From the NCBI RefSeq assembly GCF_006345805.1, contig NC_043010.1, positions 7,440,001 through 7,504,000 on the forward strand: 64,000 nt of DNA. The letters run 5' to 3'. Position numbers and translations under genes: made by a program. Below, piece after piece: positions 1 through 13,116 of this stretch. Source of the DNA: Octopus sinensis. Lineage: Eukaryota. How positions within the stretch are numbered: position 1 is the first letter of the stretch; every line of letters begins with the position of its first letter. The notes under the pieces were generated by a model. The model saw only the letters and a list, made by a program, of their open reading frames with translations. It did no database searches and was not told the origin of the DNA.

Positions 1-17
1 AATCATTGGCATTTATA

Positions 18-550
18 CCTCGTCTGGCTTCCGTGTCGGTGGCACGTAAAAAGCACCAACCATCCATGGCCATTGCTAGCCTACCCTGGCACCTGTGCCA
101 GTGGCACGTAAAAAGCACCATCCGTACATGGCCGATGCCAGCGCCACCTTGACTGGCTTCCGTGTTGGTGGAACGTAAAAACCACCAACCGATCGTGGAC
201 GTTGCAAGCCTCCCCTGGCACCTATGCCAGTGGCACATATAAAAGCACCATCCATACGTGGCCGATGCCAGCGCCGCCCTTGACTGGCTTCCGTGTTGGT
301 GGCACGTAAAAACCACCAATCGATTGTGGCCGTTGCCACCTCCCCTGGTACCTGTGCCGGTGGCACATAAAAAGCACCCACTACACTCATGGAGTGGTTG
401 GTGTTAGGAAGGGCATCCATCTGTAGAAACATTGCCATATCAGACTGGAGCCTGGTGCAGCCTCCTGGCTTCCCAGACCCCAGTTGAACCGTCCAACCCA
501 TGCTAGCAGGGAAAACGGACGTTAAACGATGATGATGATGATGATGATGA
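18..550 (+). mobile_element. Element B: six 61-69-bp modules, conserved 3' core, (GAT)n tail
   Basis: GGTGGCACGTAAAAAGCACC-type motif at 38, 100, 167, 229, 298, 359; core ends CCATGCTAGCA(T/G)GGAAA..GGACGTTAAACGATGATG. Confidence 0.88.
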
Positions 551-1109
551 ATAGGAGTAGGTATAGTTGTATGGTAAGAAGTGAAGTTTGCTTCCCAACC
601 ACATGGTTCTGGGTTCTGGGTTCAGTCCCACTGCATGGCACCATGGGCAAGTGCCTTTTACTATAGTCGCAGGCTGACCAAGACCTTGTGAGTGGATTTG
701 GTAGACAAAAACTGAAAGAAGCCCATCATATGTGTGCATGTGTGCATGTGTGTGTGTGAATGGGTACGTATGTGTCCTTACCTTCGAAACACGCATTGAG
801 TCGAACCAGGGGCAGCTGATGAAGGGGAATTTTCCTTGTGTTGTTTGTCTTGTACTCTGTTTTTTCGTTGTTAAAAAAAGTCCGTTTCCATGTTTGTTTT
901 TACGTTTTCGTTTCCCGTTGAGTTCTACGTCTATTTGTGATGTCCTGTACTCATGTATATATATTTATATATGCATGTATATATACATGTAGATGTATGT
1001 ACGTACATATATGTATGTATGCATATATTTTATTTATTAAATTATTGTATGACTGAGCGCCCTCGCGTCATTTCGTTTTGTTTCTTTCCTTTTCTCCAAG
1101 TAAGTTTTC

Positions 1110-1146
<37 letters not shown>

Positions 1147-1386
1147 ATTATATATATAGTTCAAATTTACAGCAAACAAAGGACAAAGACAGGTGTAGGA
1201 ACAACAAGCAGGTGTAATAGTTTAACACTTGAGAAGAATGGAATACATGGTTTCTAATACATAGAGTTTCATATCTAGCCACAAGCATGTGTATGTTTAT
1301 GCTAAGTTTTTGGAGCGTTTTACATATTTTAACAATATAGTCTTCTAATTTACTTTCTTCTTTCTTGTCAAGAGTGTCCTAATTTC

Positions 1387-1421
<35 letters not shown>

Positions 1422-2590
1422 ACGCATGTGTACATACAGGTATGTGAATGTGTGCACGCATGTTTACATGCAAGTATGTGTGCATGTGTGTGTGTGTGTG
1501 TGCATATGCATGTACGTGTGTGGGCATGGGTATGCATGCATGTGTGTCTGTATACAAAGAATTCTGCACAGTTTTCTGTCTACCAATTTTCACTCACAAA
1601 ACAACTGGTCAGCTGAAGGCTATGGCATAAGACAATTACCAAAGACATAATAACGTAATGGCATCGAAGCCTGCAACCATGTGGTTGTGAAGAGAAACAT
1701 CTTAACCACACAGCCATACCTGCATGTACAAACAAATGGAATTCTAAATAGAATTGTCAAAACATCAAGCATTACAACGACCATCATTATTGGAAGTGTC
1801 TCTTTTCGGTATAACCTTACTAAATAGCACGAACAAAACAGAGTTGACATTGATAAGTCATTAGTGAAACCAGAACCAATTTAGTGGTAACATTATAATG
1901 ATATAGAGAGAAAACTAATACTAGTCAACTCAATGGGAATTGGGCATATGAAAATAGAATAGTGTATTGGAAACGTTGATGTAGAAACGGTTGGAAGTGA
2001 TTAAAAATGGAAAATAAAATTATAGAAATTGCTTCCATCATGAAATTATATTACGTATATTACTCATAAAAATATCAATTACAGAAATCTATTTCATTTT
2101 GAAATGGTTTCCATAGAAAAGATGTGACAATAAGTGTATTACCATTCTTATTATTTGCCAAACTAGAAAGACATTTGAGGCTGTTTAATAAACTTTTAGT
2201 GAGAGATCTCACTCAAACGCAGTCAGAACCGAATTTTGTTTTGTATAAGGTTAACAATATGTTGACGACTTCTTCAGAAAGTAATATTTGATTGCGTTTA
2301 ATAATTCTGTCAAGAAATCTTCAAGAAAATCTATGTCAATAACCACTGAACTAAATATGTACTAAGATTTAATGGTGACTTACACAATGGTATAAGAGTA
2401 TTGCCTTGGAAATGTCTAATGTAAGCAGAGGTATAGGTGTCTGGTTGAGAAATTGGCTTTTGTAATGTTAATGTTACTAGTTTGATTCCACTGGTTAATA
2501 CCTTGGGTAAATGTCTTCTGATGTAACCTCAGGTAGGCCAATAGTTTGTGAGTGGAATTAGGTAAACAGAAAGTGTATGCAGAGGTCTGT

Positions 2591-2640
<50 letters not shown>

Positions 2641-2651
2641 CACACACATTT

Positions 2652-2828
<177 letters not shown>

Positions 2829-4034
2829 CATACATGCATACATACATACATGGTGGCTGCCCCCTCGTTATTGAGTATGGCCATTGCACGAAGCTTAATC
2901 AATGTTGTTATCGAGCAATGCCTGTGCAAGAAGATTTTTTTTAAAGTGAGGAAAAGCTGTGCACTGAGTCAATCCCACTCACTAAGCATCAGCAGCCATA
3001 ATCCGAAAAGAAGAACAAGTCAACATCATCAGTAACTACTGAGCCGCAGGTTTTATGTCGGAGTTATTCCAGTTACCCGAGTTACCTTCTCCTAGAAGGA
3101 TGCCCTAACAAAGGCTAGGAGTCCTTCACTCCCAATGGTTTAACCATGCGATTGGGTATTCAGTCCAATTATTTCTATGTCCCTGCGCAGGATACAGCCC
3201 TAAGACATTTATTGGATGGCCGTTGACTCTCAAGAGTTCCTCCACCCTTACATACATACATCATACATACATACATACATACATACATACATACATACAT
3301 ACATACATACGTACATACATACATACACACATACATACATACATACATACATGCATGCATACATACATACATACATACGTACATGCATATACATACATAT
3401 TTTTTATGGACTTCTACAAAGTTTCTGGTTACCAAATTGTGTGCTAAATAAGGCTAGAGTCAATACAGCAGCAGCATTCCAGCAATGAAAGCAGTAAAAG
3501 ACTAAAAGAATGGTTTTTTTGGTTTTAACAGTGTTGTTGATTACAGAACAACTCATTTTTAAGAAACGAGCAGAAAACTGAATTTGCAACAACAGTTTGT
3601 TGGTTCAGTGTTGTCATTTTTAACTTTCCTTATGTTTACTGTTGTAATTAAGGAAGCAGAATAATCACCAGAGAATCAGAGAATCTATAATACCTGAGGC
3701 AGGTGTAAAACAAAGAAAAAGAAAAGAAAAACTATTTTGCATAGGATCAGAGATAAACATCCTACAAGTGAAGTCAACTACTAATTTTCAATTCTAGAGT
3801 ACATCCATTTCACTAACATCCTCCTCCTCCTCCCCCCCTCCCCCTCTTCCCTCACCTCCTCCTCCTCCTCCTCCTCCTCATCATCATCATCGCTGCAACT
3901 CTCTCACTCTTTCTTCTGTTGGTCTGCTCGCTTAGCCAGCGGGGTGGCATCATTTCAAGGCTAAAACAATGCAAAGCGCATTGTGACCAGCGATGTGTAG
4001 CAACATCTGATAGCCTGGTCGGTCACGTGATATA

Positions 4035-4089
<55 letters not shown>

Positions 4090-5367
4090 GTATATATACA
4101 CACATACACAACAAACCTCTTTCAGTTTCTATCAACAAAATTCACTCTCAAGCCTATGGTCAGTTCTAAGAGTAATGTAGAAGAACTTACTCAAGTGCCA
4201 TGCAGTAGGACTGAACCAAAAACCATGTGGTTGGGGGGCAAATTTCTTAACCACATAACCATGTCTGCACCTTACATTACTAATATTCTTAGAAAATTTC
4301 AACCTGAATTTAGTAAATGAATATGCTGTTTGCGAAGGCCAAATACAATTCATAAAATGAAAATAGTTAAAAATTACAAGAGATTTATTGGCAGTTTCGA
4401 GATTTAGATTAGGATTTAAGATGGTAGAAAAACACAACGAATTATTAATGGAATGCTTGTGTAAATGTAATTGAGAAGAGAGTATGAGAAATCTGTAGTA
4501 GTAAACTTTAAAAATGTATTTTGAAGAGATAACAACAGAAAAGTGCTTCCAACCCCACCTAAGTTTCTTTTTCTTATAACATCCACAAACACACACACAC
4601 ACCACACACACACACACATATGCATGCATATACACACTCCACATGCATGCATATGCACACATACATACATGCACACATACATACATGCACACATACATAC
4701 AGATGCACACACAATGTACTAATGAGAAAATACTTGACTATCAACTAGGAGAGAGTTTGGCAATAACATTGAAGGCATTTTTTTCAACATTTCATATGAG
4801 ATTTTAATGATTTGTGAAAAATAATCACCACAGAGTGCCCATAACCATTTAAAACTAAACTATTTAAGACCCCCAAAAATATGTAAATAAAGGAATGAAA
4901 ATAAAAGAACAGGAAATGAAAGAGATCAGAATATCAGCGAACCCTATCAAAAATGTTTCTTGAAATAATAATCATTTTATGCAATTCATGTCATAAGTGC
5001 AAAAACTCAGCTCCCATATTGGTGGATCCCAACCTTTTCACTATTAAGGATTCCATCTATTTAAATGAATTTTCCCCATGGACTCCAAATGTCAGAAATG
5101 TCTGTCAACTAGATAAGCCAATTTTATTAACAAGAAACTCATTTCCCTAGTTATATGTTTCTGTTGAAAGGCATCTGTAAATGAATAATCATGAGAGATA
5201 AAAAGCTGTTAAGGCTAAAACACTGCAAAATGAAAGGCAAAATTGAAAACAGAACATCGGTTGAATTTCACCTTGCATTTCTTTGATCATTTGGGATTAA
5301 GACTCGTTGTCTAGGTATTCCCTTTTGTATTTCATTTTGCATTGTTTCAGCGATAACAAATTTTTAT

Positions 5368-5733
5368 CCTTGGCCCCGTGCCGGTGGCACGTAAAAGCAC
5401 CATCCGCTCGCATCCATTGCCAGCCTCGCCTGGCCCCCGTGCCGGTGAAACGTAAAAGCACCATCCGTTCGTGTCCGTTGCCAGCCTCGCCTGGCCCCCG
5501 TGCCGGTGGCATGTAAAAAGCACCATCCGTCCATGGCCGTTTGCCAGCTCCGTCTGGCACCTGTGCGGGTGGCACGTAAAAAGCACCCTCTGCACTCACG
5601 GAGTGGTTGGCATTAGGAAGGGCATCCAGCCGTAGAAACACTGCCAGATCAGACTGGGCCTGATGCAGCCTTCTGGCTTCCCAGAATCCAGTTGAACCGT
5701 CCAACCCATGCTAGCATGGAAAGCGGACGCTAA

Positions 5734-5773
<40 letters not shown>
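5368..5773 (+). mobile_element. Element B, four modules
   Basis: Motif at 5383, 5444, 5505, 5568; same core and (GAT)n tail. Confidence 0.88.
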
Positions 5774-6702
5774 CAGAAGTCTTCACTCAGATTAATCTTG
5801 GTTTGTCCACATTATTCTGTAAGGAACATAGGGTTGGTTTTCTGGTTTCTCTGGCATATATATATAGTACTCCCTCGATGGGGCAGGTCTATTGCAGGAT
5901 TACTCCTTTTTACCAGCTGAGTGGACTGGAGCAATGTGAAATGAAGAGTTTTGCTCAAGAACACTATGCATTGCCCGGTCCAGGAATCGAAACCACAAAC
6001 TTACAATCAATCAGGCTACTCTATTCGAATAATCATGTATAACTGAGTTTGTTCATTCATTCGTTTTGCATTTGTTTTTCCATACCAGAATTGGTTTGGA
6101 AGGAGAATTTCACATTTTAAAGCAGGATTTCACAGCTGAATGCTCTTTCTCTCACCAATCTTCCCATGTTTTACAGTCAAGAGAGAAACTATTTTTTTTA
6201 GTTTACAGGCTTTCAAAAACTAAGAACGAGTGATAATAATGTCAAAAAGGGATGCCCACATCAGCATCAGCATCATATCACTCAAGTGATGACAGCTTGG
6301 AATATAAGCATACATGTGCTTTCACACACACACACACACACATTTGTATTTATAGGTTCACAGCAGAATTCCTTCAGTTTCTATCTATCAGATTCCTTCA
6401 CATTACATTAGTCAGCTTGGGCTACAGAAAATACTGAAAGTGTTATGCAGTGGGATTGAACCTGAAACCACAAGGGTGTGAAGTAAACTTCTTAGCCGCA
6501 CAGTCATGCCTACACCTATATACATTTTACGCTGTAGCATTTTAAAGTTTTTTTTTATCACTGCTCCCGATTTTGCAGTACAATCTTTGTTTTGAACCAA
6601 AAAGCCCTCAGTGGGACTTAAGTTGAAACTATATGATTGTGAAATGAACCCCTTGACCACAATGCCATGAGTGCACTTATCCACTGTATACTGTTGCATT
6701 TT

Positions 6703-7227
6703 TGGCATCTGTGCTAGCGTGGTGCAAAGAGCACCATACGAGTGTAATCGTTGACAGAGCAGCTAACCGGCTTTCGTGTCAGTGGTACTTAAAAGGCACC
6801 ATTCGAGTGTGATCATTATTAGCGTCGCCTTACTGGCGCTTGTGCCCATGCTAGTAGGGTGCCAAGAACACCATCTGAGTGTGACCATTGTCAGAGCGGC
6901 TAACTGGCTTCCGTGCCAGTGGCACGTAAAAGGGCACCGTTCGAGCGTGATTGCTACCAGCGTCGCCGGTGGCATGTGTAAAAAGATTTGAGCGAGGTTA
7001 TTGCCAGTACCACCTGACTGGCCCCCATGCTGGTGGCACATAAAAAGCACCCACTACACTCTCGGAGTGGTTGGCGTTAGGAAGGGCATCCAGCCTGTAG
7101 AAACTCTGCCAGATCAAGATTGGAGCCTGGTGCAGCCATCTGGTTCGCAAGCCCTCAGTCAAAATCGTCCAACCCATGCTAGCATTGAAAGCGGATGTTA
7201 AACGATGATGATGATGATGATGATGAT
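6703..7227 (+). mobile_element. Element B, variant module set
   Basis: Divergent modules, same 3' core and (GAT)n tail; closest to 21681-22072. Confidence 0.85.
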
Positions 7228-7967
7228 GGTGTCACAGCTCAAAGACCCCCAGTACTAACTTTGAGGATCCCAGGTTGGAAACTACTGCTCTGGAATATGA
7301 CAATGCTTGCACCATTAGAGAAAATGATACTGAGATGATTATATATAACACTTACTGATTCAGTCAAGGCTAGACTGAGTAACAGTATGGTAACATTAAT
7401 ATACTAATGCTGGAGGAACTTTTAAATACAACTTGTTGATTAACATTTTCTTTTATATTTAAACTACAGCCTGTTTATTGAATAATCTGTAAATCCTGTC
7501 ACTCTGTAGGACTGTAAAAATCAGCATAATAAAAATATATTCAATTGTATTTAAATTTATGAACAAAACTATAAAATCGAAATATGAAAAAAATATTTCA
7601 TGGCCATATTAATGTATTGCAATACAAGAAAGCAATATTTATTATTATTTAAACATTTATGACTATGAATGTCCTTTGATTCAATATTTTATGGTATTGG
7701 CAAGACTTAATACTATATAGTATGATTCAGTGGCATGTGCTATGCTTTCACTTGTCTAAGGTGTCTCTGTAGTCATGAGCTGGTATATATTTCCACTCTT
7801 GACTCAATGGAACGTTGAGGATGTGACAGCAGCAGGGTGAGAGGGTTGCATTAGAATTCAACTAGGATTCATTTTCAGCTAAAAATACTCAAATAATATA
7901 AAATTAAGGGCCTTGTTCAAGGATACAATGTAACACCTGATCCAGGAATAAATAAATAAATGTAAAT

Positions 7968-8360
7968 AAGTGCTCCCTTTTAAAGCCTAGCCAGGCTTAT
8001 GGGCCCGATTTCCTGGTTTCAATGTTGTATGTGTTCCCCAGCTGGATGGGACCCCAGTCCAACTCAGCGTTACTCATTTTTGCCGGCTGAGTGGACTGAA
8101 GCAACGTGAAATGAAGTGTTTTGCTCAAGAACACAACACATCGCCCGGTCCAGGAATCGAAACCACAATCTTACGATCGTATTTGTTCCTCAGCTGGACT
8201 GGATGCCAGTCCATTGCAGCGTTACTCGTTTTTGCCAGCTGAGTGGACTGGAGCAACATGAAATGACATGTTTTGCTCAAGAACATAACGCGTCGCCCGG
8301 TCCAGGAATCGAAACCACAATCTTATGATCATGATGCTGACACCTTAACCACTAAGCCTG
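7968..8360 (-). mobile_element. SINE family D (tRNA head plus CORE-like domain) with internal duplication of about 150 bp
   Basis: Minus strand TGGCTTAGTGG-like A box remnant, GGTTTCGATTCC B box, GTGTTCTTGAGCAAAACACTTCATTTCACGTTGCT. Other copies about 5835-6015, 28885-28992, 29780-30000, 42860-43010. CORE assignment is from recalled similarity. Confidence 0.8.
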
Positions 8361-9052
8361 AAAGCCCAACACTTTAATTACTAGGCTACACACCAGTCTC
8401 TTAGTATTTAAACATAGTAGTAATAAAAAAAAACAAAAAAAAACGTAGTAGTGAAAATAGTGTATTTGATATAGTCTTCTCCATTATTTTCATTGTTGAA
8501 CAAATTTCTTGATCTACTGTAAACTATTGTCTAGAAATAGAGAAATCTGTAGTTGGCATTGAACAGTCACTACACAATTAAAAATAAAAGGCCCCCAACA
8601 CATCTGAGTGCACTATCTCCAACTAGGCAGACTTGAATTGATTTAAAACTGACACAGTAGGGAATATGAGAGAAAATTGAATTAGCCATGCTTATCCTTT
8701 TTCAATGTCCTTCAAACCTTGACTAGAAATAAAATTGAAAAAAAAAACAATAAATAAATAAATTTAAAAAATAAAATAAAATAAAATATATAAAATTAGA
8801 TATAAAATCAATAAATAAAAATATTAAATAAATGAATCAAAAACTTCTCCTTATTAACTGACTAATTAGCTTCAAATAACATCAGATTTCAAGATAGACC
8901 TTGTTAGAATAGGGAAGGAAACTTTTGGCTGCAGGCATCTCCACAAAAAGTAAATAAAATAAATGAATAAAAACAAACTAAACAAGCCAACTTATATAGC
9001 TACCATTAATTTCTATGGCAACCAATCAGAGCAATTATTCTCTGGTACATAC

Positions 9053-9197
9053 CTGGCAACTCTTCCTTGCGTCCGCTGCCATCATCACCCCATCCACTTC
9101 CACTGTCAATTCCTGACAGCGTGGATGTTTCACTGTAGCGATATGGGATGTGAACCGCTGCCTCATCAAGTTTCTTATGACCTGGTATCTTAGTTGC
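9053..9197 (-). CDS. Putative downstream cytoplasmic-tail exon of the protocadherin (ATKIPGHKKLDEAAVHIPYRYSETSTLSGIDSGSGWGDDGSGRKEELP)
   Basis: 145-nt unique, non-repeat segment. Acceptor AAG|GCA is the first AG after a long pyrimidine tract; donor CAG|GTATGT. Phase-0 start matches the large-exon donor. S/G/D-rich peptide with a DSGxG-W motif. Exact acceptor uncertain. Confidence 0.7.
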
Positions 9198-9718
9198 CTT
9201 TCAGATACACGGTTGTGCATCGCAAAGTTGAAAGACCAAAGCCGAAAGGAGAAAAAGCTAGTTATTATAATTTGATTTAATGAAACAAATATACAATAGC
9301 AAAAAATAAAATAAATAAATAAAAATTGATAATGATAATTTGGGGGGAAAAAAATAACATTTCTTAATTAGGCCTAAAGCCTTAGATTATTCATATAATA
9401 CCACCACACCATTTGGCTCAGGAACATCACATGTAAAGTGCTATAAGCTTCTAATAAAGTAATCTTTTTGCTTTTATTCTTTGCTTTTCATTTGCCAATT
9501 TTTGTAAGAATTGATTAGTTTAATACGACAGATGTGTGGTTAAGATGTTTGGTTTGCAATCATGTGGTTCTGGGTTTGATATCCTACTTCATAGCATGTT
9601 GAGCCGAGTGTATATATTCTATCAAACCATAGCCTTGGGTTGACCACCTGACCGATACCTCGTGAGTGAAATTTGGACGATTAAATATGTTTGGTAACTA
9701 GTCATATAAATATGTACC

Positions 9719-9749
<31 letters not shown>

Positions 9750-9815
9750 ATACAGACAGGTAGGCAGACAGACAGACAGACAGATAGATAGATAGATAGA
9801 TAGATAGACAGACAA

Positions 9816-9880
<65 letters not shown>

Positions 9881-9891
9881 CAGACAGACAA

Positions 9892-9933
<42 letters not shown>

Positions 9934-9997
9934 GATAGATAGATAGATAGATAGATAGATAGAGATAGATAGATAGATAGATATAGATAGATAGATA

Positions 9998-10045
<48 letters not shown>

Positions 10046-10071
10046 TAGATAGATAGATAGGTAGATTGATA

Positions 10072-10105
<34 letters not shown>

Positions 10106-10132
10106 CTGACTGATTGATTGATTGATAGATAT

Positions 10133-10169
<37 letters not shown>

Positions 10170-10185
10170 ATATAGATAGATAGAC

Positions 10186-10216
<31 letters not shown>

Positions 10217-10227
10217 CAGACAGACAA

Positions 10228-10284
<57 letters not shown>

Positions 10285-10301
10285 AGATAGGTAGATTGAT
10301 A

Positions 10302-10335
<34 letters not shown>

Positions 10336-10362
10336 CTGACTGATTGATTGATTGATAGATAT

Positions 10363-10415
<53 letters not shown>

Positions 10416-10436
10416 CAGATAGATAGATAGATAGAC
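9750..10436. repeat. Compound (AGAT)n/(ATTG)n/(AGAC)n microsatellite
   Basis: Direct reading; internal 230-bp period. Confidence 0.95.
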
Positions 10437-10917
10437 ACACTCACATATACATACATAGACAGACATGTATTTATGTGTGTGTAGCTAAAGGATATGGACA
10501 TCAATAAATCAGTAGTTTAAACAAAAGAATCAGGTAATATTTGTTTTACTTAAGTCATAAGAGTTTCTCTGCAGCCAACTTTGATGCAGGAAATGCAATG
10601 AGTCAGTGATTGACCTGTGGGGAGCCTGTAAGCGATGTTACTATACTTCACAAATGTGTTGTATAGAATGAACATTAGCATAAAATATTAGTCTTAAATG
10701 TAGATTTCCTTTGTTAGGTGCTGTGGTTAAGAAGCTTGCTCTCTAACCATGTCATCTTAGGTTCAGTTCCATGCATGGCACTTTGGGGCAAATGTTGCCT
10801 TCTACTATAGCTCTGAAATAACCAAAGCCTGGTGAGTGGAAACTGAAAGAAGCCCTGTGTGTGTGTGTGTACCTTTGTTCTAACATCACATGGTGGTTGT
10901 AAAAGAGCATTCCTTAA

Positions 10918-11332
10918 ATCTTTATTGTCCACAAGGGGCTAAACATAGAGGGAACAAACAAGGACAGACAAAGGGATTAAGTCAATTATATCGACCCCAG
11001 TGCATAAGTGGTACTTAATTTATCGACCCCAAAAGGATGAAAGGCAAAGTCGCCCTCGGCGGAATTTGAACTCAGAATGTAATGGCAGACGAAATACCTA
11101 TTTTTTTACTACCCACAAGGGGCTAAACACAGAGAGGACAAACAAGGACAGACAAACGGGTTAAGTTGATCATATCGACCCCCCAGTGAGTAACTGGTAC
11201 TTATTTAATCGATCCTGAAAGGATGAAACACAAAGACGACCTCGGCGGAATTTGAACTCAGAATGTAACCGTAGACGAAATACCGCTAACCATTTCGCCC
11301 GGCGTGCTAAAGTTTCTGCCAACTCGCCACCT
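10918..11332 (-). mobile_element. SINE family C head-to-tail dimer
   Basis: Two copies; the left one lacks its 5' end and joins at GAAATACCTA (about 11091-11100). Confidence 0.88.
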
Positions 11333-12029
11333 TACTGCCTTACAACTAATGTTCATTTCCATCCCTCTGCCTTGAGAAATATTACATTATTTTGGAAACA
11401 GGTGAGAGTTGGTGACAGGAAAGGCATCTAGTTGTAGAAAATCTTCCTCAACAAATTCTGTTTGACACATGTAAGCATGAAAAAGTGAGCTTTAAATGAC
11501 GGTGATAACTACAAGCATTATACTTGTGTTTCCTACAAATTTAAGGAAAAGAAATCAAAATTAACCTCAGAGCATGGAAAGCGGACGTTAAACGATGATG
11601 ATGATGATTAACCCCTTGGAAACACTAATTAATGTTTGAGCTTGTCATCTAGGTTGTAGAAAATCATGAATAATGGGATATTATTCATTATTAGTCTACT
11701 CCCTGGATCTTCTGCCAGTTGTAGGGGTAGAAACCTCAGGCAACGGTATCAGGGTGTATATAAGTCTTGAAAAAATTACAAAAATCGATTCCAGGTGAGA
11801 ATGCGATCAATAAAGCCATGGGAACGTGCATTTGTACGTGCAAGTACATCAGCTGTTGCGATCGATACTACGTGTTCGCAAGAAAAATGCACATGCAGTC
11901 TGTGCAAAAAAAGCCAGGCTGGCTTGAAGTAATGCCACAAAATGGGACAATCGGACAAGTTGTTTTGAGAAAATTTGGTTTAAATGTTAGACAACTCAGC
12001 ACCATCCATTGGACAGGGGGCGTTTTGCT

Positions 12030-12236
12030 CATCCTTCAAAACTTCCATGCTTCCTGAGATTCGCCAACACTACACCTGATTTTCTCCCCTCCATACACAT
12101 GCAAGCATGTATCTGACTCATACATTGTTCGCTTTCCAGACTTTTCTACATTACTGCATGTACTTTATATGCACTTTCTGACAAGTTGTGGTGCACCTGA
12201 GCACTGTATACAATAATTTCATTATTATTATTATTA
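12030..12236 (+). mobile_element. CR1-like LINE 3'UTR fragment
   Basis: CTTCAAAACTTCCATGCTTCCTGAG...CACCTGAGCACTGTATACAATAATTTC(ATT)n. Another split copy at 25830-26365. Confidence 0.85.
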
Positions 12237-12665
12237 TATATATATATTTGTGTGTGTGTGCGTGAGTATATATCTATGTGTGTGTCTTTGTGTCAATGTT
12301 TGTCCCCCCCTGTCATCACTTGACAACTGGTGTTAGTGTGTTTACATCCCCATAACTCAGTTTGGCAAAAGAGACAATAGAATAAATATTAGACTGAAAA
12401 AATAAGTCCTGGGGTCTCTATGTTTGACTAAAACCTTCCAAGGTAGTGATCCAGCATGGCCACAGTCAAATGAATGAAACAAGTAAAAGAATAAAAGAAT
12501 AAGCAAATAGATCAATAAATAATGTCAGGACTAAAGTGATTTTGATGACAGACCTCTTTGATCAAGACTGACCGAAGGTTGAATGATAATAATGATGGAG
12601 AGAGCTCCTATGTAGTCATTCAAGCTGCTTGAAACAGCAGCCAAATCTTTCCCAGATCACATCCT

Positions 12666-12861
12666 ATCATCATCATCATCATCATCATCATCGTTTAACG
12701 TCCGTTTTCCGCGCTAGCACGGGTTGGATGGTCGACCGGGGTCTAGGAAGCCAGGGGCTGCACCAGGCTCCAGTCTGATCTGGCAGAGTTTCTACAGCTG
12801 GATGCCCTTCCTAACGCCAACCACTCCATGAGTGTAGTGGGTGCTTTTTACATGCCACCTG
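12666..12861 (-). mobile_element. Element B, 3' core only
   Basis: (CAT)n-CGTTTAACGTCCG...TTTTTACATGCCACC. Shorter B fragments at 11568-11608, 20770-20880, 47678-47780. Confidence 0.85.
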
Positions 12862-13116
12862 TCTTGAAAAAGGAAAAGGACTGTTGATTATGTAGTTATA
12901 CACATAAATCTATAGAGACTGGTTGGTTTTTAGCTAGAATGCTTTTGGTCAAGGTCTGCTAAACACTAGCATGGGTAACCAAGTTGGACTCCCTGATAAA
13001 GTAGGTAAAAATATTACAGCACCACAAGGTATGTGAAAGGTAATTGAATAAAGAAGGTTGTTTTCATTGAGATGTGTGTATTAGAAAATTTACTGTTCCA
13101 CACACACAATCAGACA

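Noticed and set aside
18-400. B modules as a CRISPR-like repeat-spacer array (also 5368-5590 and 35720-37876)
   Set aside because: The would-be spacers are homologous to each other, the context is eukaryotic and there are no cas genes; these are tandem modules of a dispersed element.
780-830. CGAAAC...GTC...CTGATGA in type II hammerhead order
   Set aside because: Stems I-III do not pair convincingly; at most a decayed Penelope-like remnant.
5420-5520. HDV-like or twister ribozyme in B modules (CCAGCCTCGCCTGGC...GCCGGTGG resembles HDV; TGCCGGT...TAAAAAG resembles twister)
   Set aside because: I could not build P1 directly after P3 with the GG needed for P1.1, and twister core residues are missing. 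A covariance search would settle it.
9035-9220. Listed ORF MHNRVSERQ... as the product of the 9.1-kb exon
   Set aside because: This is a different frame of the same DNA; the ATKIP...DSGSGW frame fits the splice phase and a cadherin-tail composition better.
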